Assembly: GCA_964016885.1 (NCBI GenBank) | Contig: OZ024747.1 | Coordinates: forward strand, 11,532,001-11,596,000 | Source: Eledone cirrhosa | Taxonomy: Eukaryota | Direction: 5' to 3' | Length of the DNA: 64,000 bases | In this document: one piece after another, positions 39,045-64,000 of the stretch | How positions within the stretch are numbered: the stretch's first letter is position 1 | How the letters are laid out: each line of letters opens with the position of its first letter | Notes under the pieces: model-generated | What the model saw: only the letters and a program-made list of their open reading frames with translations | What the model was told of the DNA's origin: nothing | Database searches by the model: none | Translations under genes and position numbers: made by a program

Positions 39045-41735
39045 CTCTACACCCTACACCTTACACCCTTCACCCTACACCCTACACCCTACACCCTTCA
39101 CCCTACACCCTACACCCTACACCCTACACCTTACACCCTACACCTTACACCCTACACCTTACACCCTACACCTTACACCCTACACCCTTCACCCTTCACC
39201 CTACACCCTACACCCTTCACCCTACACCCTACACCCTACACCCTACACCCTACACCCTACACCCTACACCCTACACCTTACACCCTACACCTTACACCCT
39301 ACACCTTACACCCTACACCTTACACCCTACACCCTTCACCCTTCACCCTACACCCTACACCCTACACCCTACACCCTACACCCTACACCTTACACCCTAC
39401 ACCTTACACCCTACACCCTACACCTTACACCCTACACCCTTCACCCTACACCCTACACCTTACACCCTTCACCCTTCACCCTACACCCTACACCCTACAC
39501 CCTACACCCTACACCCTACACCTTACACCCTACACCTTACACCCTACACCCTACACCTTACACCCTACACCCTTCACCCTACACCCTACACCTTACACCC
39601 TACACCCTTCACCCTACACCCTACACCCTACACCCTACACCCTACACCCTACACCTTACACCCTACACCTTACACCCTACACCCTACACCTTACACCCTA
39701 CACCCTTCACCCTACACCCTACACCTTACACCCTACACCCTTCACCCTACACCCTACACCCTACACCCTACACCCTACACCCTACACCTTACACCCTACA
39801 CCTTACACCCTACACCCTTCACCCTTCACCCTACACCCTACACCCTACACCCTACACCCTTCACCCTTCACCCTACACCCTACACCCTACACCCTACACC
39901 CTTCACCCTTCACCCTACACCCTACACCTTACACCCTACACCCTTCACCCTACACCCTACACCCTACACCCTACACCCTTCACCCTTCACCCTACACCCT
40001 ACACCTTACACCCTACACCCTTCACCCTACACCCTACACCCTACACCCTACACCCTTCACCCTTCACCCTACACCCTACACCTTACACCCTACACCCTTC
40101 ACCCTACACCCTACACCCTACACCCTACACCCTACACCCTACACCTTACACCCTACACCTTACACCCTACACCCTACACCTTACACCCTACACCCTACAC
40201 CCTACACCCTACACCCTTCACCCTTCACCCTACACCCTACACCCTACACCCTACACCCTACACCTTACACCCTACACCTTACACCCTACACCCTACACCT
40301 TACACCCTACATCCTTCACCCTACACCCTTCACCCTACACCCTACACCTTACACCCTACACCCTACACCCTTCACCCTTCACCCTACACCCTACACCCTA
40401 CACCCTACACCCTTCACCCTACACCCTACACCCTACACCCTACACCCTACACCCTACACCCTTCACCCTTCACCCTACACCCTACACCCTACACCCTTCA
40501 CCCTACACCCTACACCCTACACTCTACACCCTTCACCCTACACCCTACACCCTTCACCCTACACCCTACACCTTACACCCTACACCCTACACCCTTCACC
40601 CTTCACCCTACACCCTACACCCTACACCCTACACCCTTCACCCTACACCCTACACCCTACACTCTACACCCTTCACCCTTCACCCTACACCCTTCACCCT
40701 ACACCCTACACCTTACACCCTACACCCTTCACCCTTCACCCTACACCCTACACCTTACACCCTACACCCTACACCCTACACCCTACACTCTACACCCTAC
40801 ACCCTACACCTTACACCCTACACCTTACACCCTACACCCTACACCCTACATCCTACACTCTACACCCTACACCCTTCACCCTTCACCCTACACCCTACAC
40901 CTTACACCCTACACCCTACACCCTACACCCTACACCCTACACCCTACACCCTACACCTTACACCCTACACCCTTCACCCTTCACCCTACACCCTACACCT
41001 TACACCCTACACCCTACACCCTACATCCTACACTCTACACCCTACACCCTTCACCCTTCACCCTACACCCTACACCCTACATCCTACACCCTACACCCTT
41101 CACCCTTCACCCTACACCCTACACCCTACACCCTACACCCTTCACCCTTCACCCTACACCCTACACCCTACACTCTACATCCTACACGCTACACCCTACA
41201 CCCTACACCCTACACCCTACACCCTTCACCCTTCACCCTACACCCTACACTCTACATCCTACACTCTACACCCTACACCTTACACCCTACACTCTACACT
41301 CTACACCCTTCACCCTACACCCTACACCCTACACCCTTCACCCTACACCCTACACCCTACACCCTTCACCCTACACCCTACACCCTTCACCCTACACCCT
41401 ACACCCTACACCCTTCACACTACACCCTACACCCTTCACCCTACACCCTACACCCTACACCCTTCACCCTACACCCTACACCCTACACCCTTCACCCTAC
41501 ACCCTACACCCTTCACCTTACACCCTACACCCTACACCCTTCACCCTACACCCTACACCTTACACCCTACACTCTACACCCTACACCCTACACCCTACAC
41601 CCTACACCTTACACCCTACACCCTACACCCTTCACCCTACACCTTACACCTTACACCCTACACCCTACACCCTACACCCTTCACCCTACACCTTACACCT
41701 CACACCCTACACCTCACACCCTACACCCTACACCC
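39045..41735. repeat. Approximately 2.7-kb heptamer satellite (ACACCCT)n = (TGTAGGG)n on the - strand
   Basis: Directly visible, with ACACCTT and TCACCCT variants. Confidence 0.97.
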
Positions 41736-42365
41736 TCTAATCTACACCTTCCTTACTGGTGTATGTGGATCTGGAGAAAGAGGCTGGTTGAGACTCTGTA
41801 TTGGCGTTAAGGTAGGGTTAGCTGAATGACGTAGTTTTGTATAGATGTGTTGGGGTGCGGTGGGGGGCTATTTTAATCGAGTGTCTTGCTTAATCCCTCT
41901 AATCGTATTGTTACCCCCAAGGGGGTTATTTAACAAGCAGCTTGGTTGGTATTATAACTATATCACTCACTACATCCCTTCCCTACTGTTGCTTCTTAAC
42001 CTTCAAAACAAGCTTCTTATGTTTGTGAGAATAAATAGATTGTATGATGGTGGGGTTCCTATGAGCTAAGAGAGGAGGGTGATGTGGGGGTGTCATTTGT
42101 CCAAAGGATGAGCAGTCATTACATATGATGTCATAGTTATATCATGAAATAACAGTCCAGCTGTTTATTCTCAAACTTAAACCTTTCATGACTATTTCTA
42201 ATGACACACACTGTATTTTAATTAATTAATGAAGAATTTGGAGGGATTTACTAAATCTATTAGTCATTTCATAATTGTTTGTAACAACAAAATGTTCTAG
42301 TATCAAATTATGTTGGAAGATTTTAATATAAATAGGAACCTTTTAAAATGAATGATTTTATTTAA

Positions 42366-42860
42366 TAGAACCAGGTGTGGTTTTGGCCAGGTTGGTATCA
42401 AAAGGGTTAAATATGAACTCCTTAAAATGCTTGGCTTTGTTTCATAGAACCAGGTGTGGTTTTGACCAGGTTGGTATCAAAAGGGTTTAATATGAACTCC
42501 TTAAAATGCTTGGCTTTGTTTCATAGAACCAGGTGTGGTTTTGGCCAGGTTGGTATCAAAAGGGTTTAATATGAACTCCTTAAAATGCTTGGCTTTGTTT
42601 CATAGAACCAGGTGTGGTTTTGGCCAGGTTGGTATCAAAAGGGTTTAATATGAACCCCTTAAAATGCTTGGCTTTGTTTCATAGAACCAGGTGTGGTTTT
42701 GGCCAGGTTGGTATCAAAAGGGTTTAATATGAACTCCTTAAAATGCTTGGCTTTGTTTCATAGAACCAGGTGTGGTTTTGGCCAGCTTGGTATCAAAAGG
42801 ATTTAATATGAACCCCTTAAAATGGTTGGTTTTTGGTTGATTGTTATCAAAAGGATTAAC
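42366..42860. repeat. 79-bp tandem repeat (about 6 copies) built from a MITE terminus (GGTATCAAAAGGGTT)
   Basis: TAGAACC recurs at 42524, 42603 and 42682. Confidence 0.85.
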
Positions 42861-44353
42861 ACAGTACTGTGCATAATAACTGTGAAGATTAACATTACAA
42901 AGACAATATATTAGATGTAGATAGATGAAATGTAGTGAGAAGGATGTTATGGTAAGACATCCCTGATCTATCTAAAGTGCTGCTATGTCTTAAGTTAGTT
43001 TCACATAAGGACAGGGCAAATGTTACCATTAAGATCATCTAGGCACCCAACTGTGGCATAGAGTGCAAAGGGTGGGGGGCATTACTGAATTGTCTGTGAT
43101 ATAGTTTTATACAAATATATATAATTAAAGTTAACTCTTTCATTACCCTATTTCTGGTGAAATACACAGTCTAGATTTTAAAATCATTTCAGAAAAAAAA
43201 TCAAGAATTTAGAAGTATTTGGTAATATATTAACTTTCTCATTGTTAAGCTGGCATTTGGAACATAGCATAACAAAGGTTCTTCCATAAAATTATGTTTG
43301 TTTTTAATGTTTATGTTTATAATAATAATAATAATAATGAAATTATTGTATACAGTGCTCAGGTGCACTACAACTCATCAAAGGTGCATGTATAGTACAT
43401 AGAATAATGTACAAATGTCAGGAAAATGAACAGTGTACGAGTCATGAAATACATGTGTGCATGTGTATGGAGGGGGGTGGGATGGGGACATCAGGTGTAG
43501 TGTTGGCGAATCTCAGTAAGCATCGAAGTTTTAAAGGTTTTAAATAATTGTTTCTAGTTTTGGCACAAGGCCAGCAATTAATCAGTGTATTACTGGTACT
43601 TTATTTTATCAACCCCATAAGGATGAAAGGCAAAGTTAACCTCGGCGGGATTAACTTAAAGGTTTTAAATAGTGAATAATGTTATAATGATAATAATAAT
43701 AATGAAAAGCTTTCCATCATAATTTTACACCAAGGCATCTTGGAACAGATTACTGTTGAAAACTGTTGTCTCAGCACCTCCACCACACGTTATTGGGAAC
43801 CTGGCACCACCTATACACCAATTTGTTTATACTTTGCTGTTGATCATCACTGTTTTTATATCAAAGCGGAGGAGCAACATAACAAATTTTTGAGATGTTG
43901 AGGTGGGGCATGGTGCACAAAAGGTGGGAAACAACTGAATGTAGATATGGATGAAGGTTTTATGTTTATATATATATGTGTGTGTGTCCGTGTATGTATG
44001 TATGTATGTATGTATGTGTGTATGTATGTGTTCATGTATGTATGATGTATATGTGTGTATGTATGGATCATCATCATCATTTAATGTTCATTTTCCATGT
44101 TAGCATGGGTAGGGCGGGCTGTCCCTTTGAGAGAGATCAGGTCAGAGGATCGTGTTTCACTCACACAGGGCTGATTTTAGCTTGGATTCTATGGCTGGGT
44201 GCCCTTCCTAACGCCAACCACATTTACAGTATGTATGTATATGTGTGTATATATGTATGTACATGTGTATATATATATATATATGTATATGTATATGTGT
44301 GTATATGTGTATATATCATAACTATTAATGTGAATAACAATGACAAGTTTAGC

Positions 44354-45065
44354 ATCACCACTACCACTACCACCACAACAACGACGACACCATCGCTACC
44401 ACAACAACACCAACACCACCACTACTACCACAACACCAACACCACCACTACCACCACCACTACCACAACACCAACACCAACACCACCACTACTACCACAA
44501 CACCAACACCACCACTACCACCACCACTACCACAACACCAACACCACCACTACCACCACAACAACACCAACACCACCACTACTACCACAACACCAACACC
44601 ACCACTACCACCACCACTACCACAACACCAACACCAACACCACCACTACCACCACAACAACACCAACACCACCACTACTACCACAACACCAACACCACCA
44701 CTACCACCACCACTACCACAACACCAACACCAACACCAACACCACCACTACTACCACCACTACCACAACACCAACACCAACACCACCACTACCACCACAA
44801 CAACGTCACCAGCATTACCACAACAACATCAACACCACCACTACTACCACAACACCAACACCACCACTACCACCACCACTACCACAACACCATCACTACC
44901 ACCACCACTACCACAACACCAACACCACCATTACCACCACCACTACCACAACAACAACACCAACACCACCACTACCACAACAACAACACCACAACTACCA
45001 CCACCACTACCACAACAACACCAACACCATCCCTACCACCACCACCACCACCACCACAACAACAC
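44354..45065. repeat. (ACC/AAC/ACT)n compound microsatellite; a similar tract is at 37900-38215
   Basis: Directly visible. Confidence 0.9.
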
Positions 45066-45201
45066 TAGAAAGTGTCTACATACCTGTATATATGTTGACC
45101 AGTTGAGAGGAGAAGGAAGAGGAGGAAGCATGAAAGAACTTGTCTAAGACCAACTCACACAAAGGGCCACTCTATATTCATAGAATGTCTCACCATTACT
45201 G

Positions 45202-45215
45202 TCACTAGAGGGCGC
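45202..45215 (+). promoter_or_regulatory. CTCF-like site TCACTAGAGGGCGC
   Basis: 13/14 match to the CTCF core CCASYAGRKGGCRS, in a short unique island between microsatellites about 2.5 kb upstream of SMU1. Confidence 0.5.
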
Positions 45216-45716
45216 CTCTGTAGTTTTAATCTTGTCACCAGGTTTACCTGACAGTAATCCAACACACATACACACACACACACATATATATATATACAGG
45301 CATATGCATGCACACATACATATATACACACACACACACACATACAAACATTTACATGCACACATACATACATACATACAGGCATACATATATACACATA
45401 CAGACAGACATAAACATACACATATACATACAGACACATGCATACATGCACACATATGCACACACATGGTGGTGGTGGCGGCGGCAGTGGGGTGCTAGTG
45501 GTTGTGGTGATGGTGGTAGTGGGGTGTTAGTGGTGGTGGTGATGGTGGTAGGGTGTTATTAAAAGAAAAGCAGGAAGGAAAGGCGGTTCTTTACCTCTCT
45601 ACCTCTTCTTTCTCACTCCTACCACACAATACTTCCTTTCACCTCCCACTACACCTTCTCTTCTTCTACATCCTCCCCTTCCTGCTGCTAAGAAACACAT
45701 AGTTATGCACATGAAA

Positions 45717-45772
<56 letters not shown>

Positions 45773-45962
45773 ATATTCCTATATGGAAAAAGTAAGCATG
45801 CAGAGTGCTTGAATTGAATTGCATCAATATTTACCCTAAAATATATATATATATATATATAATTGGAAATCAGTAAAATCGAATCTCTGGCGGTTTGCAA
45901 GTAAATTCGGCCTACTTATATGAAATGATGAGTTAGCAAAGCACTCGATAAGATAGGACCTC

Positions 45963-46034
<72 letters not shown>

Positions 46035-46072
46035 CAGTTGAAAATTGCAAACTAGACTGTCACCACAGAATA

Positions 46073-46111
46073 TGAACCTGAAGATTGCGAAAGCATGAAA
46101 GTACTTGTTCA
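46073..46111 (+). ncRNA. Compact type I hammerhead ribozyme motif
   Basis: TGAAC-CTGAAGA-T-TGC-GAAA-GCA-T-GAAA-GTAC-TT-GTTCA. Helix I is a perfect 5 bp, helix II is GNRA-capped, helix III palindrome AGTACT, predicted cleavage after CUU (46106). AATAAA about 75 nt downstream; adjacent to (GT)n. Confidence 0.7.
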
Positions 46112-47739
46112 ATTAACACTTCATATTTAATATTCTACCATACTATTTCATTCTAATACCATTATAAATTTTAAAGGATTGTAAATAAAACGAGTAAATC
46201 AGACAAAGTTGGAATTCCTTTTATTAATATGTATGCATGTATGTATGTATGTATGTATGTATGTATGTATGTATGTATGTATGTATGTATGTATGTATGT
46301 ATGTATGTATGTGTGTGTGTGTGTGTGTGTGTGTTTGTAGATCTCCAGTGAAATCGGTGGAGAGGGAGGGGTAAGGTAACCTCAATTAAAAACGGTAATC
46401 AATAAATTAGTAGAGTGTAAACATTTGGATTGGCAGTATCGGTAGAGGGTCGTACGCCATGCTTTCCAGCATAGTTACGTCCCTTAACGATCTGAGTTCA
46501 AATCCCGCCGAGGTTGACTTTGCCTTTCATCCTTACGGGGTCGATAAAAAATAAAGTACCAGTAATGCACTGGGTAATTGCTGGCCTTGTGCCTAAAGTA
46601 GAAACAATTATTATTTAATATTAAGGCAGTGGATTGGCAGAATCGGTAGAGCATCAGACACCATGTTTTGTAACATAGAGTTACGGCCCTTTATGTTCAA
46701 ATCCCACTGAGGTTAGCTTTGCCTTTCATCCTTATGAGGTCAATAAAACAAAGCACCACTAATACACTGGGGTCGATTTAATCGACCCCCCCCCCCCCCC
46801 CTCCTCCCTAAAATTGCTGGCCTTGTGCTTATAGTAGAAATCATTATTTAATATAGAAATGGCTTCTACAGGACTAAAACTGTTTCATTCCAATGAAATC
46901 ATCTGGAATGCCCATTTCTGATGATTTTATACAATGAAAAAATAATAAGCAAGGTGTGGTGGGGACTGCGGTGGGGATTATTCAAAACGCGAGAGTATTT
47001 GACACCTGAGGATTTTTAACAATGGTCCATGCTCATTAGGGTGCCATGATAAAAAGCACCCAGTCCACCCTGTAAAGTGGTTGTACTGGTAGCACGACAA
47101 AAACCACCCAGTCCATCCTGTTTGATGGTCATTAGGGTGCCATGATAAAAAGCACCCAATCCACATTATAATGGGGTTGGTGTTAGAAAGGGTATCCAAC
47201 TGTAGAAGCCAAGCCAAAATACAGATCCATATGAGCAAGATGTGGGTTGCCTGACCTGACTTGTCTCATAGCATGATAGCCCATCTAATCCATGGAAGTG
47301 TGGAAAAATAGGCATTAAACAATGATGATGATAATATATATATATATATATAATTGTTTCTACTTTTGGCACAAGGCCAGCAATCAACCAGTGCATTACT
47401 GGTACTTTATTTTATCGACCCCATAATTACTTCCTCTTGTTTTGTAGTATCCTGTAAGATTTTAAACTTTTTCTGAGTTCAAACCACGCTAGTGTTGAAA
47501 TTACTATTTATTATTCTGGAACAATAAAATAAGTAACAATCATATAATGAAATAAACTATACTTTGTCACACCCTCCCCAACAAAAATAAAAAGAAACAG
47601 TGTTGTGACATTATGTGTAGGTGAGATATCCTGATAAAATCAATCCAAGTTTAAAATATTCATAAAAAGAGAAAGAAGAAAATTTCGTTCCGTCAATTCA
47701 TATTTTTACAGTAACCATTCTTGTTTTTTACATTTCAAG

Positions 47740-60817
<13,078 letters not shown>

Positions 60818-60862
60818 ACCTCTACACCATTAATGCATTCATTTTAGCATTTCATTTTTTTA

Positions 60863-60868
60863 ATTAAA
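60863..60868 (+). terminator. Candidate SMU1 polyadenylation signal ATTAAA
   Basis: ATTAAA 46 nt after the stop, followed by CA and a TGTTGTT/T-rich downstream element; a second ATTAAA is at 61064-61069. Confidence 0.4.
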
Positions 60869-60946
60869 ATTATCAAGAAACAATGTTGTTATTATTTCTT
60901 CAATAGTTTTAAGTGAGTTTCTTGCAGAGGTGTGTGCAGCATTATA

Positions 60947-61147
60947 CAAGGTGAACATCAAGTCTTTCCACACTGAGCTTTTTGTTACTGAAAATTACAA
61001 CTACTTCCTGTAGAAGAGAAAATGTAAAACATGTTCAGAAATGCTTTAAACTTGAATTTATAAATTAAAACAATGGTAAAGTAAAATTTCAATTAGTATC
61101 TGAGATATGATATTTTATGATCAGGGAAACACTTTATGCTCACCTTG
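60947..61147. mobile_element. Tc1/mariner-type MITE with 23-bp TIRs and TA TSD just 3' of SMU1
   Basis: TA|CAAGGTGAACATCAAGTCTTTCC ... GGAAACACTTTATGCTCACCTTG|TA (20/23 complementary). A second mariner-like end (GAACTTTTTAGCACGCCCTCG|TA) is at about 59747-59769. Confidence 0.75.
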
Positions 61148-61433
61148 TATATTCAGATTTTTTTAGGGTATAATTTGTTTCATGTATGTGGTGTGGGAGG
61201 TGTTGTTTTATTGGGTATACATACACATAGTAAAGGAAAGTAGAGAATGGTATATGATAGTATATAATTACCTCGATGTGTTTATATATTATATTGGTTT
61301 GAAGAGAAAGATGGAGGAAATGCAGACATAAACACACAGCAAATATATTGCAATGAATCATCTTTTAAAGTCATCCGTGCTGTCTAAGGTATGAATTTAA
61401 ATTCAAACACATTCTACTTAATGTTTATTTCTC

Positions 61434-61506
61434 ATTTCTCCAACGATAGAGAAGTGCGTATGTATAAATACAATTTCATGCAACTCTCTTGAAACGTGTA
61501 AGGAAT
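61434..61506 (+). ncRNA. Degenerate hammerhead motif (core CCAACGA)
   Basis: ATTTCT-CCAACGA-T-AGAGA...TCTCT-T-GAAA-CGTG-TA-AGGAAT; helices I and II pair, but the core lacks G5. Confidence 0.4.
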
Positions 61507-61734
61507 TAAAAATGATTTCAAAGCATATTTATATATACATATATCATCACCATCATCGATTAACGTCCATCTTCCACGCTAGCATGGGTTAGTTAGATCA
61601 CAGAGGCAAGTTGTGTTGGGTGACCATGTCTCGCTTATATAGGGGTTTTTCTGGCTGGATGCCCAACCACATTGACAATGTGGGCTGGGTGCTTTTTGCC
61701 ATGTCTTACATGTCCACTTTATATAGAATAAGGA

Positions 61735-61955
61735 GCAGCTATTGCAATAGCCTGGGGCCCTCAACTCTTCATTAAGCTGCCAAGAAATCACGGTGGGGAT
61801 GTGAATGTTTTCAAGAAACATCTTGACACTCTGCTATCCCGGATGTGACCCCAGCAACGAACTCCCTCTTACACCTATGGCCAGCCAACACAGGCTAGAA
61901 ATAGAATGTGTAGCAAAAAGGGCATTGCCCCAGCCATCCGGCTGGAACAGGTCAA
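61735..61955 (+). mobile_element. CR1-type LINE 3' fragment
   Basis: Encodes GPQLFIKLP..VNVFKKHLDTLL followed by ATNSL. Confidence 0.6.
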
Positions 61956-62565
61956 AGAGTATATATATATTATATACATATAGTTTAAATATATTATATA
62001 GGAGCAGATTAAAGTTTAAGCAAAGAATATATATTATATACAAATAATGAATCAAAACATCAAATCATCATAACTTCATTTTACGTCCGCTTTTTCCCTG
62101 CTTGCAAGGGTGGGACGGGAACTGATTCTGGCTTGATTTCTACAGCTGGATGCCCTTCCTAACACCAACCTCATTTACAGTGAGTGCTGGGTGCTTTTTT
62201 GCAGTGGAATGATAGGGATCCCAGTCCCTATCATATTTCTACAGCTGAGTAAACTGGAGCAATGTGAAATAAAGTGTCTTGCTCAAGGAAACAACACATC
62301 ACCCGGTCCGAGAATTGAACTCACAACCTTTCGATTGCAAGGCCAATGCTCTAACCACTAAGCCATGTGCCTAAATATGTTTAGAATTTTGTGTTTCTCA
62401 ATAAGTAAGCTCAATAGACTTTATCTATAGCCATAATAACCAAATGAAAAAGATATATGTTTATATATAGAGAGAGACATATATTGTATAAGATACATGG
62501 TATGTCGTATATATACCAAATACATATTCTATAGAAAAATATGTACACAGGTGGAATCATAGGAG

Positions 62566-62683
62566 AAACCTTATAGCGCTATTTCATACCTGGAGAGTGC
62601 GGCTAAAAATCAATCAGTATAATTGAAGACAAACTATCGATTATGATTTAATCACATGAGACTCGGGTACTTATCAGAGGTCT
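62566..62683 (-). ncRNA. Hammerhead motif with long helix II and CTGATAA core, in a Penelope-like tandem pLTR (about 61960-63000)
   Basis: Minus strand AGACCT-CTGATAA-GTACC...GGTAT-GAAA-TAGCGCTA-TA-AGGTTT; helix III palindrome ATAGCGCTAT. Direct repeats 62041-62065 + 62373-62459 versus 62905-63000, with the first copy split by a SINE. Confidence 0.55.
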
Positions 62684-63266
62684 AGTCTTACCGTTGTAAC
62701 GGATATATAGAATGAAGATGGTAAATAAATCAATATACCTGGGAAATCTACTGCTAAATCCAATGCGACCACCATGTTAACAAGCACATGGTGAAAATCA
62801 TGTTAAACCCGAGACAAATATCAACAAGGTGGAAGATAACTCTGCTAGAAATATGAGTGATGATTATAGGACTGAGCTTAACGAGGTTTGGAGCCGTTAA
62901 ATACAAACAATGAATCAAAACATCAAATATGTTTAGAATTTTATGTTTCTCAAAGAAGCTCAATAGACTTTATAGCCATAGCCAAATGAAAAGATATATG
63001 TATATATATGTCCTGGGGATACTCTGTATAATATGTATACAGTACCTAATAGTTCTATTTTTAATATGCTGTGTATATATATGTAAGTCCTAATAGCGTT
63101 GTTTTCTGTATGTTGTATATATCATCATCATCATCATCATCCTTTAATGATGGGTTTGTCCATTAGAGGCAAGTTGGGTTGGGTGAGCATGTCTTATTCG
63201 TATAGGACTGTTGTCTGGCTAGATTTCTATGGCTGGATGCCCTTCCTAACGCCAACCACATTTACA

Positions 63267-63700
63267 GTGTCGGCTGGGTGTTTTTTGTCATGACACCTAC
63301 ATGACCACTTTAGAGTGTCGGCTGGGTGTTTTTTGTCATGACACCTACATGACCACTTTAGAGTGTCGGCTGGGTGCTTTTTGTCATGACACCTACATGA
63401 CCACTTTAGAGTGTCGGCTGGGTGCTTTTTGTCATGACACCTACATGACCACTTTAGAGTGTCGGCTGGGTGCTTTTTGTCATGACACCTACATGACCAC
63501 TTTAGAGTGTCGGCTGGGTGCTTTTTGTCATGACACCTACATGACCACTTTAGAGTGTCGGCTGGGTGCTTTTTGTCGTGACACCTACATGACCACTTTA
63601 GAGTGTCGGCTGGGTGCTTTTTGTCGTGACACCTACATGACCACTTTAGAGTGTCGGCTGGGTGCTTTTTGTCGTGACACCTACATGACTAGTTTACAGT
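63267..63700. repeat. 48-bp minisatellite (GTGTCGGCTGGGTGCTTTTTGTCATGACACCTACATGACCACTTTAGA), about 9 copies, inside a family-B SINE/RTE tail
   Basis: 16-codon periodicity in ORF 63301-63843; the unit is present 1-2 times in other copies (for example 59221-59325). Confidence 0.9.
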
Positions 63701-63947
63701 GGTGGCTGGATGTTATTGTGATACCCATACACACAAACACACATTTTTTAACTATCGACTTTCATCAAATAGGACCGAGGAAACAATGTTTCCTTTGGTC
63801 TTTCCAATTGCTAATACTATCTATCGGTCGCAACTCCAGGTAGAAGGAGCAACGTGAAATAAAGTGTCTTATGTGTATATATATATATATATATGTAAGT
63901 ATGTATGTATACGTACATACATATATGTATACAGACGTACAGTAGCA

Positions 63948-63991
<44 letters not shown>

Positions 63992-64000
63992 CAGGTACAC

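Noticed and set aside
45159-45682. Possible 5' exons of the - strand gene (45595-45682 and 45159-45247)
   Set aside because: Splice signals are only moderate and there is no coding or homology evidence; left unannotated.

Overview
This is a repeat-rich, AT-rich animal genomic window. The (TA)n/(CA)n/(GATA)n microsatellites and the SINE/RTE/Penelope content look like an octopod (coleoid cephalopod) genome; that assignment is inference. It contains one clearly identifiable gene, SMU1 (WD40 spliceosomal factor), on the + strand: 13 GT-AG-bounded coding exons from 47740 to 60817, 1542 nt, 513 aa plus stop. A large acidic, repeat-containing exon of an unidentified - strand gene lies at 33484-35596 (ORF from ATG 34987). 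The rest is TE debris (CRE, Tx1/L1, RTE, CR1, Penelope-like/GIY-YIG, a Helitron, piggyBac-like and Tc1/mariner MITEs, two SINE families) plus many mini- and microsatellites. The most notable hidden signal is a set of up to nine hammerhead-ribozyme motifs (type I, palindromic helix III, several degenerate) from several unrelated Penelope-like/retrozyme-like families, mostly next to (TA)n/(GT)n tracts. They show a recurring U-U pair at the base of helix II, very long helix II insertions, and near-perfect 52-56 bp inverted arms. Nearly all short ORFs in the supplied track are microsatellite artefacts. All structures were folded by eye and no database searches were run.
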